From positions 2,621,434-2,685,433 of the forward strand of contig CM082593.2 in the NCBI GenBank assembly GCA_040954595.2: a DNA stretch of 64,000 nt, given 5' to 3'. The notes beneath the pieces were generated by a model. That model ran no database searches and was not told the DNA's origin. It saw only the letters and a program-made list of their open reading frames with translations. Below, piece by piece: positions 38,301-50,267 of the stretch; positions within the stretch are counted from its first letter, which is position 1; each line of letters begins with the position of its first letter. The translations under genes and the position numbers were made by a program. The DNA comes from Balanoglossus misakiensis. Taxonomy: Eukaryota > Animalia > Hemichordata.

Positions 38301-41300
38301 CAGGTAACACACCTCTGATGTATGCATGTAATGGCGGACACGGCGACACAGTCAAAGTGCTGCAGGAGAACGGCGCCAACCTGGAAGATGTGAACGAGAA
38401 CGGACACACGCCGTTGATGGAGGCGTCCAGTGCCGGGCACGTCAGTGTGTCCGCCCTCCTGATCGAGAAGGGGGCTCAAATCAACGCCCATTCCGGTGAA
38501 TTCAAAGAAAGTGCATTGACCCTTGCATGTTACAAAGGTATTGTAAAGTCCCTACACAATTCTGACATATAGATTTACTTGTTGGATGATGCAAAGGGAT
38601 TGAGAGAGTTTTGGATGAGATTTCCTGGATCGTAACCTGTGTGATTCACCTTTTTGAACCAGGTCATCTTGAAATGGTCAAGTTACTGCTGGAAGCTGGA
38701 GCAGACCACGAGCACAAGACGGACGAAATGCACACAGCGCTGATGGAGGCCGCCATGGATGGCCATGTGGAAGTGGCCAAGCTGTTGCTAGATCATGGCG
38801 CTCAGGTCAGTCAGACACATATGCTGTAAAGTCCTGAGAACTGTAAACCACTCCTGAATTGCCTTAACTCCTTGTCTGGGAAAAAAATAAATTGTCTGAA
38901 ATTTCATTTGATCATTCCAGGTCAACATGCCAGCTGACAGCTTTGAGTCACCTTTGACCTTGGCAGCATGCGGAGGTCATGTGGAGTTGGCGGCACTGCT
39001 GATTGGTCAGGGCGCCAACATCGAAGAGGTCAATGACGAGGGTTACACACCGCTGATGGAAGCCGCTCGCGAAGGTCATGAAGAGATGGTGGATCTGCTG
39101 CTTGCTCAAGGTATAGGGATATTTAGTGAGATATGCCAAATAGATGGTCATTGCTAGACTCAAAACACCCTCTATAGTTTTTAAAACCATCTGCAACTCC
39201 TAGTGTAATGTGGCTTTTGTATCTCAGGTGCCAATATCTACGCACAGACGGAAGAGACCCAGGAAACAGCCCTGACATTAGCTTGTTGTGGTGGGTTCCT
39301 GGAGGTGGGCGATTTCCTGCTGCAAGCCGGGGCGGACATTGAGCAAGGCTGCTCTACGCCCCTGATGGAAGCGGCTCAAGAGGGCCACTTGGAGTTGGTC
39401 AAGTTCTTGATAAGTAAAGGTAAGGGGGACCGAGCCTCTGTCTTGAATTTAGATAGGCAGGCAGACAGACAGAAATGGTGTCGTTATTAAAATTGACCTC
39501 AGCACTAGCTGACCAGTCCTTGCTGTGATTCTCTTTACATTGCCTCTTGCCTTTGATTACAGGTGCTAATGTGCATGCGGAGACGAGTACCGGTGATACA
39601 GCATTGACCCTGGCCTGTGAGAATGGACACACTGATGTTGCTGATGTTCTACTGGCAGCTGGTAGCGAATTGGTAAGTCTTGTTACTGAACTCTGTCAAC
39701 TGTTAAGTTTGCCCCAAGTTTTACAGCTTTTTGTGTACCCTGACAAAATGTTGATTACAAGTGACAGATAGATCTGTACAATTCATTTGAATCGTCTCAC
39801 ACACAGGAACACGAGTCTGAGGGTGGACGTACGCCACTGATGAAGGCTGCTAGGGCTGGGCATCTGTGTACAGTCCAGTTTCTCATCAGTCGTGGTAAGT
39901 GAATATTACAGCTTTCCTTGGAATCAATTTGACTCGCTTTCAAATAGCACTGACAATATTTAGATGAATATCTCTTGATAAGCTTTTCTCTTTTCCATTT
40001 CTATGCTGATTTTATTTTGATTATTTGCCAGGTGCCAATGTGAATCGCACCACAAGCAACAACGACCACAGTGTGCTGTCTCTGGCCTGTGCTGGTGGTC
40101 ACCTCTCTGTGGTGGAACTGCTGTTGGCTCATCGTGCAGACCCTACCCAGAGACTGAAGGTATGTGCCATGTGTGTGTGGTATATGAGTGTCTGAGTGTG
40201 TGTTGTAGAGTGCCAGTGTGTACTGTGTGTGTAAGAGGGGAAATTTAAGTGTGATTCTTATGTGGGGGAGGAAAAGAGATGAAGAAGGAAGAGGAGGTCA
40301 CCGATCACCTATAACATTGAGTATTAATTATTGTTGCAGGATGGGTCAGCGTGTCTGATAGAAGCCTCGAAGGGCGGTCACACAGCGGTTGTTTCATTGC
40401 TGGTGGAGTATCCCACTAACATGCTGACTCCTGGGGTACCCATGGACTGCTCGCAACTAACGCCACCGAACAGTGAACAGGGAGAGGTAAGCTTTCGCAT
40501 ATGTGCAGAAGGTGGATTTTATCAACAGTGAGATCAGTGTGGTGCATGCTTCATGTGAAGGAATGATGTGTGATTTCTGATGCCTGGAAATGTCCAAAGA
40601 AAGTGCCAGCATAATCAAAATGATGCTTTCGAATTTAATGTGATGTGTTTCTTCTCCCATAGATTCCCAGGGTACCTACCCAAGCGCTACCAACAGTTGT
40701 TCCACCACAGGAGCCTGACAAGGGACCATCAGAGCCAGCCATACCAACTGAGACTGAGAGCCAAGAGGATATATGTGAGTAGATTATCTATCCTCCCACC
40801 CCCCAATCCACATAGATTGGTCCTAATCAAGAATTAATCCACAAGGGCAAAGAAAGTTGCACTGGTGAATAGGGGAATTAAAATCTGATTCTCTTTTTAC
40901 TACAGGTGAAGATCTTCCTGAGGATACTTCCGAAATCAGCCAACTGCTTCCGTGCAAAGAAAACATCCAGAAGCTTCTGGCACTCACCCAGGCTTCCAGC
41001 GCTCTGGCGGCGACGTCCGAGGAAGAGTCGGAAAAGGCACAGGAAGAGCTGGACAAGGAGCTGAACTACAACCGGGAACTGAAGCGGCAAATCCAGAAGA
41101 AGCAGGAGATCCTGGAAGAGCTGCAGAGGGTGGAGAAGGAACTACAGCAGAGAGCTCGCACCAATTCCTCCTCGCACGGCAAGAAGCGGCTATACAACGG
41201 GGAAGTATGCGGTAGCGATTATGACGGTGAAGATGACGATGGTGACGACGATGATGATATTGATGATGAGAACCCAGATAGTGAGCCGGAATGCAGCCCG

Positions 41301-44300
41301 GCTATAACTCCGCTTCCGGACGTGGGATCCATCCTGCAGCTGGAGACCCGAGGGACCACCATGGAAGAGATGGCCGTGGCCGACGAGATGAACATGCTGC
41401 CAAACAGCTGTCTGTCGCTGACAACCCCGACGACGACCTTGACAGTGACCAGTGGAACGCAGACCACGTTCCTTGGCGATGGTTGCTTGGTTGCGTCGGG
41501 ACTACCAGCAAGTCAAGATGCGGGCATGGTAGTCACAGGTGTGTTGATTTGAAACTGAATCTGCGTCTGATTCTGGTTCCTTGGTCAAAGTTGATACTGT
41601 CATGTTGGCCAGTTGAAAAGAGGGAAAGTACGATACTTGCTTTGAATTTTGTGGCTTTGTATGTTTTCGTTACTAACACTGCCTCTTGAAACATTTTCCT
41701 CCCAGATGCAGACGGAACAACGTTAGCACTACAAACTGACCTGTCAGCTCAAAGCATGACCCCCACAGTGTTGTCCCCAACCAGCCCCGTCACCCCCAAC
41801 ACCTCCCCTGTGTCCAACGTATCACCCCAAGTGTCTCCCAAGATGTCCGGCGGTGTGCTACCACAGATGTTTCCCCCGGTGGAGATTGACGCTCAGACGG
41901 ACAGCAACCACGACACGGCCTTGACGCTGTCCTGTGCTGGCGGACATGAAGAGCTAGTGTCTCTGTTACTGACCAAGAAAGCTGTAATCGAGCATCGAGA
42001 CAAGAAAGGTATGGAAAAGGTTATCGAGTCAGATTACATCAGGGATCTTTGTAAATCCTTTCCTTGTATGGTTGTTTCGTTACCACACATGTAGAGTACA
42101 TGTTGATAGTTAGCAGTTAACAGAGTCTCTTGTTAATTTTTTTTATCTAGGATTTACACCACTGATTCTAGCAGCCACAGCTGGGCATGTTGGAGTTTGT
42201 GAGATTTTGCTCGATAATAAAGCTGACATAGAAGCTCAGTCTGAACGCACGAAAGACACGCCGTTGTCGTTAGCCTGTTCAGGTGGTCGCTTTGAGGTAA
42301 GTTGGTCTACTATCTTGAAGCTTTATTCTCTGCCCCCCCCCCCCTTTCTGTGCAAAGCATCAGGGAAAATCAGTGTGTTCACCATAAATTGGTGTGTGCT
42401 CGTATGTGAAGATTGCAGAGGTGTGCCTGTCAGCGAATGTAAATGAGGTTTCAAAATCTCAAAGTTAAATTTCTCTCTCCCTTGTACACTTAAGGTTGTT
42501 GAGTTGCTCCTGTCAAGAACTGCCAATAAAGAACACCGCAATGTCTCTGACTATACCCCACTCAGCCTCGCAGCATCTGGGGGATATGTTAACATCATCA
42601 AGTTACTGCTGAGCCATGGAGCTGAGATCAACTCCAGGTGTGTATTTGTCCTGTCATTGTCCGATCTTCATGGCTTGGCTAGGCTGTTCTGAATACAGTC
42701 TCCCTAACCAACAACCATTCAACTCCCCTCCAAATGCAAAAGTGGGTATAAACACACTGTATGTCTTTGGCTTTGATTAGGACTGGTAGCAAGCTTGGAA
42801 TATCACCACTGATGTTGGCAGCAATGAATGGCCACACACAAGCTGTCAAGTTGTTGCTGGATATGGGAAGTGACATCAATGCTCAGATTGAGACCAACCG
42901 TAACACTGCCCTGACACTGGCCTGCTTTCAGGGAAGACATGAGGTTGTCAGTCTGCTGGTGGACAGGAAAGCCAATGTTGAACATCGAGCTAAGGTAATT
43001 CAAGCATTAATTCTCAAAGTGACTTCTTCATAATTTTATCATACCTTCTTTGATATGTATTATTTAGAAAAAAATATTTCATGAAATAAAATTTGACTTT
43101 TTAAACACAGACTGGATTGACTCCACTGATGGAGGCTGCATCCGGAGGCTATGCTGAGGTTGGCCGCGTTTTACTGGACAAAGGAGCGGATGTGAATGCC
43201 TCGCCGGTGCCCTCATCTCGGGACACCGCACTGACCATTGCCGCGGACAAGGGACATTACAGATTTGTGGAGTTGCTGCTGACCAGAGGAGCCCAGGTGG
43301 ACGTCAGAAACAAGAAAGGCAACACTCCGCTGTGGTTGGCTTGCAATGGTGAGTTTTGTGACTTGCTGGGAAGTTCTGCCGTGGTGTGACTTTGGTACGA
43401 TATTACAGAACCTTCATATTGGGTATTTGTTTACTTTGACAGGGGGTCACTTGGATGTGGTGCAGTTGTTGGTGAGCACATCTGCAGACATCGATGCACA
43501 GGACAACAGGAAAGTGTCGTGTCTGATGGCTGCTTTCCGGAAGGGCCATGTGAAAGTGGTGAGATGGATGGTGAAACATGTCAACCAGTTTCCCTCGGAT
43601 GCTGAGTGTATGAGATACATAGCAACAATATCTGACAAGGTGAGTTGGAGACCAATTATACCTGACAGTTATTGTCGTACTTAATACCTCAACTGTGCGT
43701 AAAAATCGATGTTATTAAATCCGATTTTGTTTTCTTTGTAGGAATTGCTGAAGAAGTGCGACCAATGCATGGAGATCATTGTGACTGCCAAAGACAGGCA
43801 AGCTGCAGAGGCGAATAAGAATGCAAGTATTTTGCTGGAAGAACTGGAGTCAGAGAAGGTGAGACAACAGTGAAAGTTCTGTATTCTGTTATAGGACCAT
43901 GCTTGATTATAAGACCCGCCCCATCCCCTCATGGGTTTATTTGATTGATATGTACACATCACAATGTAGTTTTCTGACAATGTAAATTTTATTTGAATTC
44001 AGACGAGAGAGGAGAACAAGAAAGCAGCCGCAGCAAGAAAACGTGAGCGAAGGAAGCAGAAGAGAAAAGACAAGCAATCCAATTGCAAAGACACCAACAA
44101 GGAGATGGAAATCGAGGGCTTTGATGACATCATGAGCAAGCATCAAAAAGGTACATCTTGGTAATTGTCTTTAAATCACATGGCTGCTGTAGATCATGCT
44201 TTGATCATACTGATCTACAAAATCATGACATAAAACGGAAATGCAAATTTCTGATCATTTATCAGATATTACCATTACTCACTCACTCACTATCTGGTAG

Positions 44301-47300
44301 TTATCAAATATTCTGATTTTTTTTCAGTGGAAGATATGGTTCCCATGGAACCGCCCAGTGCTACCACGACAACCACCATTGGCACAACGCTGACAACAAC
44401 GTACACAGAGTCATCAAGGTCCATGAAGTCCATCACCAAAACTACTGCCAGTAATCGCAAAAACAAGTCCAAGGTCGGGGGCATGTCAACCAGGGAGAAG
44501 CCAGACATGAAAGGAAATGGTAATGGTGGAGGTGGGGAGAGGATGAATCAGAAAAACAACAGCCGGAATAATAACAACAATCAGAGCGGCTCGAATCAGA
44601 ACAGGAATTCCAAGTACGAAAAATCAACTTCAGTGGCTGAATTGGATGATTTTGGAGATCTGGGAACGGCAGTTGAAGGAAAACTAAGCAACGGGGATGT
44701 GTTACCACGGGAACTTATACAGTTGTAAGTAAATTTGAATGTATATCAATCTTGCCAAGACCTCACCCCTTATTTTATGCCTATTACTAGTGTATGTTTT
44801 TTGCCTGTCCACAAACTTGTCTAACATTGGGCCTGGTTATATGTTGGACAGAAATACGGGCAAACTGGAACATCTCATACCAAAAGAAGACAATTTAACA
44901 CTCCCGCCAGTGAAAAGTAAAACGTCAGCAATAATTGGGTCCAGTCCAAAGAAGGGATCAAAACGAGAAGAGGCATGGAAAGAGGTTGTCAGAAGGTTTG
45001 TAAAATATAGAATCCTGTTTACCTTTGTCATATTGCCCTAAGGAGTTACTTTAGCCTACAGTCCATCCAGTTGCAAAAATGTACTAATGTCATTTATTTT
45101 TTTATTTAACATTATTTTAAATGCTAGGTCCAAGAGAGTGAGTGTTCCTTCAGCCGCTATTAGCCGTGTGATTGGTCGGGGTGGTTGTAACATTAATGCA
45201 ATACGTGAAGTGTCCGGAGCACACATCGATATTGATAAACAGAAAGGAGGTGACAGAGTTATAACAATCAGGTAAGTTTCGCCAAAATACCCAATCTGTT
45301 GTCTATAATATTGACGTACTCACTAACATCTGCATCATACCAAAGTACACGATGGCAATTTATAAAATCTAATCTTGGACTCTTTGTGATTCACACAGGG
45401 GTTCAGCTGATGCTACCAGACAGGCACATCAGTTGGTAACAGCATTAGTAAAAGATCCAGACAAAGAATTGATGGAGATCATGCCAAAGTCCAAAAAGTC
45501 GCACATCCCGGGCACTGTTACAACTCCTACCATTACCATGAGTACGACGTCATTCTCCAAAACGATGTCATCCGCGAAAGGTAACAACCAGTCGTCAAAG
45601 AACAGCCACTCATCGGGCCCAGTCAAGTCAGCAAAAAGTCGCGCATCAGCAGTCTCTAAAACGAAATCCGGTTCAAGTTCATCCAAGTCGCAGAGTTCAT
45701 CGAATGCAAAATCCGCAAGCAGAACTTCGTCAGGGAACACACAGCATCAGTCACAACCATCGTCTTCAGGCAAAGCACCACCCGTTCATTCAGCAACGTT
45801 CACCCATCCGACAAATACTCATTTTCACCAGAGCGGTGTACCAGTCTCCCAGTGCAACATGCATTATCCGCCATTGACGTCAACGACTGCCAGTGGGTGG
45901 GCCAACCCGCCTGTTGCACCAGCACCAACGCAGCCGCTGGCAAATCTCATGCCAGGGTCAATGAGGCCAGGTGATGCAAACGCAGACAGCAAAGGCAAGA
46001 ACGCAACAGCCCGGAAGTTGTTTTCAGAGTCGGCGAATACGTCAGCACCACCCCCGAAAGATACCACTTCATTTACCAAAGAAACATTTGCATCAAAAAT
46101 AACCCAAGGTCGATTTACCGGGGGTAGTAGACCCTCCCTCCCCATTCCCCTCCCGCCTCATCCCTCGATGTCCGGGCCCGGTTACAACCTCTTCTCCCAA
46201 GTCTCCAAGACCCGGAGTCTGACCGTGTGGGAGAGCAGCGGCAGCAACCAGTCGCAGCAGGCCGGCGCCGATCTCAGGGACGTCAACAAGAACAAAGCCC
46301 CCGGATACCGCACCAACTCCCCAGGGTTCATCAGTCAAGTCCCCCTCCCCGCTCCGTCACCGTCTCCCGACACCATCCTGCTCCAGTCATCAAGCCACGG
46401 CTTCTCGCCCCTCCCTGTTCAAAACTCAATCCACTCGCCGACCCCGTCGCAGCCCACGTCCTCGAAAGACGGCTCGCCCATCCCGGCCGCTTCTCCCGCA
46501 TCCTCGCCTATATCGAGCACTTCTCCATCCCCTGTCGCCATGGGAACAGAGTCCCCAGCACCTGTCTCTCAAGATCGCAAGCTGCCGAGACCCATTGGAA
46601 TGGAACGGAAAAGAGCCAGCATCAATAGCAGCTTTTCAGCTCTCAGTGGTGAAATAAATCAACAAAGTGGTGGGATATGGTCATTCTCTCAGAACACAGG
46701 TCAGTGTCCATGTAAACTCTCCGAAAAGAAATATAATAGTTGATTTTTGCTCATTATTTTGAGGAACCTGCCTGGACGTTTGTACAGTACAACCTGTATG
46801 AACCATTTGCCAATCAATATCTCTGTTAAATTTGCTTTATGAAATCATAGGTGATATGTGTGACTGGCTCAGCAATGGTAGAACAATGCTAGACTCCTGT
46901 CCACCGTCAGAGAACAGCTTGTCTGCATCGGTTGTGTCATCCGCACCAATGCCTGATGGGTTTGCCACTTCATCTGTGTCCAGTTCAGCATTACCTGGCT
47001 ATATCCAGACCACCAAGGATCCAATCTTGAACCATCACCCAGGTGTACAAGTGAGTGCATATAAAAACCCACTGGTGGTTTTCACACATGCAAATTCCTG
47101 ATGGGGGTGCTTTTTCCTGTGTGTACATTTGATTTTGTTTAGCAGTGTGATCCAGTATGGCTGTCGGTTTGCTATTTTGCAGTTTTTATCACTTGTCTAT
47201 CATTGCTTTTCTTTTGTAAATTTTGTCAGGATACTGGTGCAATATTTAGTAATAGATTCAGTGAGTCCTCCATATTTACCGATGGCGACACAAGTCAGGT

Positions 47301-47589
47301 GAACGAGGGTGTGTGGAGCAGTCTAGCTATGAAGACCAATCAGATTCTGGAGCAGAACCAGCAGCAACCACCACCACAACCACCAACATCGCAGCAGGTA
47401 AGGCTGTGGACAAACTAGCCCTGAAAACTACTCCAGTTTTGACTGGTGACTGGCTATTATCTCCATCACTGGGCATATATATTATGCTTTGCACCGTTGA
47501 TTCCTTGAAAAAAATGCAAGAATAACGCCATGTTTGTAATCTCTCCCTTACAGGTATGGGGAAGTATGTGGAACCAACAGTCATTATGA
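35389..47589 (+). CDS. ANKHD1: MASK / ankyrin repeat and KH domain protein (pro-orthologue of ANKHD1 and ANKRD17), 29 exons, ~2223 aa
   Basis: Exons 35389-35577, 37110-37420, 37643-37793, 37934-38081, 38304-38537, 38663-38805, 38921-39110, 39228-39419, 39563-39672, 39807-39894, 40032-40159, 40340-40486, 40663-40774, 40906-41538, 41706-42008, 42151-42296, 42495-42637, 42781-42994, 43111-43348, 43443-43639, 43742-43858, 44003-44150, 44328-44724, 44852-44995, 45128-45271, 45399-46699, 46851-47050, 47230-47397 and 47554-47589 give a 6672-nt frame with consistent splice phases. Features: DPEVLRRLTSSVSCALDEAAAAL signature, two ankyrin blocks (TPLMEAA repeats), coiled coil QKKQEILEELQRVEKELQ, and KH domain SRVIGRGGCNINAIREVSGAHIDI. 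Confidence 0.95.
37428..37522. mobile_element. piggyBac-like MITE copy 1 (TTAA-flanked)
   Basis: TTAA|cccttccacc...gtagtgaaaaggg|TTAA, ~87 bp, in MASK intron 2. It is homologous to copies at 48492, 57325 and 61238. Confidence 0.7.
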
Positions 47590-48491
47590 TAGCTTGTGGA
47601 GAATTTGGTGTGAAACCCCTAGGGTCTTGAATATCAGCATGGAGAAGATTATAGAGTGCTATGAGAACAGTTTACTTGGTCTTTGGGAATTTGGGTGTGG
47701 AGTCTAGACTGGTGCACAAGACTGTGATAGACATCAGGACTTCTTTTCGTTTTACTCTGCTTACTAGCTTCTGGAGTGTAGATGTTAGCTCATTCGTCCA
47801 AGTAGGAGCGTACAATTGAAGATACTACGAGTTTTGTTGTGAAATCAGGAGAATGAGGTTTATGTTTCCTTTCTGGCTTGTATTTTCTGCCTATGAGATG
47901 GTCATCATTAAAGACATCAGTTCAAAATATTATTACTCTGTTGTGTGGTCGTCACTAAACTGCATACTGTTGCATTCTCTCCGGAATGCTACTGACTCTA
48001 ATGCTGTGTGCAGTGTCAACTAACCAGTAAATCAATCTATCTTGACTGCATTTCATTCACAAGCTTTCCAATGGAAACTTTATTTCAGCATCTACATAAT
48101 ACAACTCTACATATTGGCTGCCAGCTCTATCTGATAAAAACATACATGTCTTTAATCTGCAGAAAACTGAATTTTATAGAAATCTCAGTACACACACAAA
48201 TGAAAACTCATTTTCATTATCAACTAAAAATGAGGCTAATATATATATTATAATTTCATGGACATTATATGGAACTGAGGTTTAACACCCACACGGTATG
48301 ACAACATGTAACAAATCATACACAACACCTAACTGAACAAACATCCACAGTAAGGTAAATTAGTTCCACAGGTGAAAAGCCAAGTCCTTATAAAGACTTA
48401 AGAAAAACCTCGGGATCTGGTTAGCTATTTCTCATTGTATGACTTTTCTACTTGTCAGCTGAGCGATACTGAGGCTGAAGTTCTATTATGC

Positions 48492-48585
48492 TTAACCCTG
48501 TCACCCCCAGTTTCCTTTTTAGAGGTCCAACCGTACCACAGAAAGCAGTGGGTTTGGACTGAACCATGGTGGTGAAAGGGTTTAA
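48492..48585. mobile_element. piggyBac-like MITE copy 2
   Basis: ttaa|ccctgtcacccccag...agaggtccaacc...aaccatggtggtgaaaggg|tttaa, just downstream of the FADD stop codon. Confidence 0.7.
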
Positions 48586-48611
48586 ACTACTATATCAACA
48601 GTTCTGTTTGA

Positions 48612-49663
48612 TTAATTTGAATCTCTTGGTTTCAAGTTTGTCACTGCATCTGCCAGATAGTTTAATTTACATTTTCTCAGGTGTTCAATTAATGTTTTCT
48701 TGTCTGCTCTTTGCCCGAGGTTTTTCTTCCACAGATTCATTGCCTGCATGGACTGTTCTTTGAGATCTCGGCTGTAGTTGTAGGAAATTGCGTCAATGTC
48801 CGTTTCACTGAGGCAAAATTTTCGAGCCAGAGACCTCCATTCTCTGCCAAGGTTATCACGAAGGAATTCAAACTCATCGGACAAATCCGTTCCTGCAAAT
48901 GAAGAGAGACAACAGATTCTCAATATTCAAGTATATTCAGGACAATATAGTTTTCTTTCATATATGAACTACATGTATTTCAAGTTCAACGTTACTGACC
49001 TGGACTACTTTCTTGTGTTACTGGGCCTAGTGAGGAAAACAGAACAAACAAGAAATTTATGAAATGAAAACAAAAGTAACAACACAACAATGTACGTGTA
49101 TATTCAGTGGTTTAGTCAGGATGTGACGAAAGAAAATACCCCATGACGTTATCATCTCATTCGAATGGACAAGTGTCATGAACATTGAAAATACTGGCGA
49201 CTCACTTCAGATGACAAGGATGTTCGAATAAATGTTGATGTATCCTTTACTGAAACATATCGCTGTAATTGTTACCTTTACTGGGTCTCACTGACGGCTG
49301 TGCGTCTGTTCGGTTTTGCCTACCAGTACCAGCTGGCATTGGTGTCGCTCGGGTAGCTTCGTACTCCTCGATAAGTCTAACCAAGTCGAGGCGATGTATC
49401 TCTTCCATGCATTCCTTCAGGAACTCCGTGTCGTCAAAACTTAGATGGTCGTTAAATTCAATTTCTTCTAACAACTGCAGCATAGATTTAATTTCCTCTC
49501 TTCGTGAACGTGGAATGAAAGAACACATAAACTTAACCTTCTCAACTTCGTCATCGCGTTTCAGCTTCATGGCAATTTTCATCAGCATCTTGCGAAACTG
49601 TTTTTCCAAAACTCTCGAGTCGTCAACTCTCTGCGCGTCGACTTGCATGATTCGATCCCCCAT
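48612..49663 (-). CDS. FADD: FAS-associated death domain protein (DED + DD), 3 exons, ~231 aa
   Basis: Exons 49663-49276, 49026-49000 (27-nt micro-exon) and 48892-48612 total 696 nt. N-terminal death effector domain (FRKMLMKIAMKL...KVKFMC...IHRLDL, with the RxDL motif) and C-terminal death domain (DNLGREWRSLARKFCLSETDIDAI...DLKEQ...LNYLAD). Confidence 0.9.
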
Positions 49664-49803
49664 AACACTCACATTTAGAAGTGAAAGCAAGACGGAACTG
49701 TGGCGGGGTTTCTTTCAGGCCAAACTAGCACACCTGACCAGATAAACTAGCACTCAAAATTCACCAGATCAAGCAATCTTAGTAACACAACAAAAATGGG
49801 ATA

Positions 49804-49825
49804 GGGGATTCCCCAGGAAATCCCC
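49804..49825. promoter_or_regulatory. Tandem NF-kB (kB) sites
   Basis: GGGGATTCCCC (49804-49814, palindromic kB) is followed after 1 bp by GGAAATCCCC (49816-49825, GGGGATTTCC on the minus strand), ~140 bp upstream of the FADD ATG. Confidence 0.7.
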
Positions 49826-50111
49826 CTAACTAGGAGTTGAACGATCAGCCTGCTCATTCTGTTGAAAATCAACGCAATATTTGACCCTAATCATACAGAA
49901 ATGTTGCTTGTAAGGCTTAGATAAAAACATTATTAGTTATAAACAAACGTTTTAAAGAAAAATGTACTGATTTAAGTACAATATTGGTCAATATTGCGGA
50001 AATATTTCCCGACGAACTGACAGTCTATTAATCAATGTCTACGCTCTGCGCTGGTTGGGCGGGTCGCATTTTATTCGTAGAACATATTTTCGTTAGAAAT
50101 AAATGTCTCAT

Positions 50112-50119
50112 TGACGTCA
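50112..50119. promoter_or_regulatory. Full CRE palindrome TGACGTCA upstream of SIRT1
   Basis: Perfect 8-bp CRE ~150 bp upstream of the SIRT1 ATG. A YY1-like CAAGATGGCGG overlaps the ATG. Confidence 0.45.
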
Positions 50120-50267
50120 TACCTTGAATAATCCACATAACAACAAATATTTTATAATTTATTTCAAATTTGATAAGGACACATTTTTTACTATTACGAT
50201 GACATAAAATAATTTATGTAGGAATCGGGTGTGGCAGCCAGAGAGAGGAAAGACTTTGCTATCCAAG

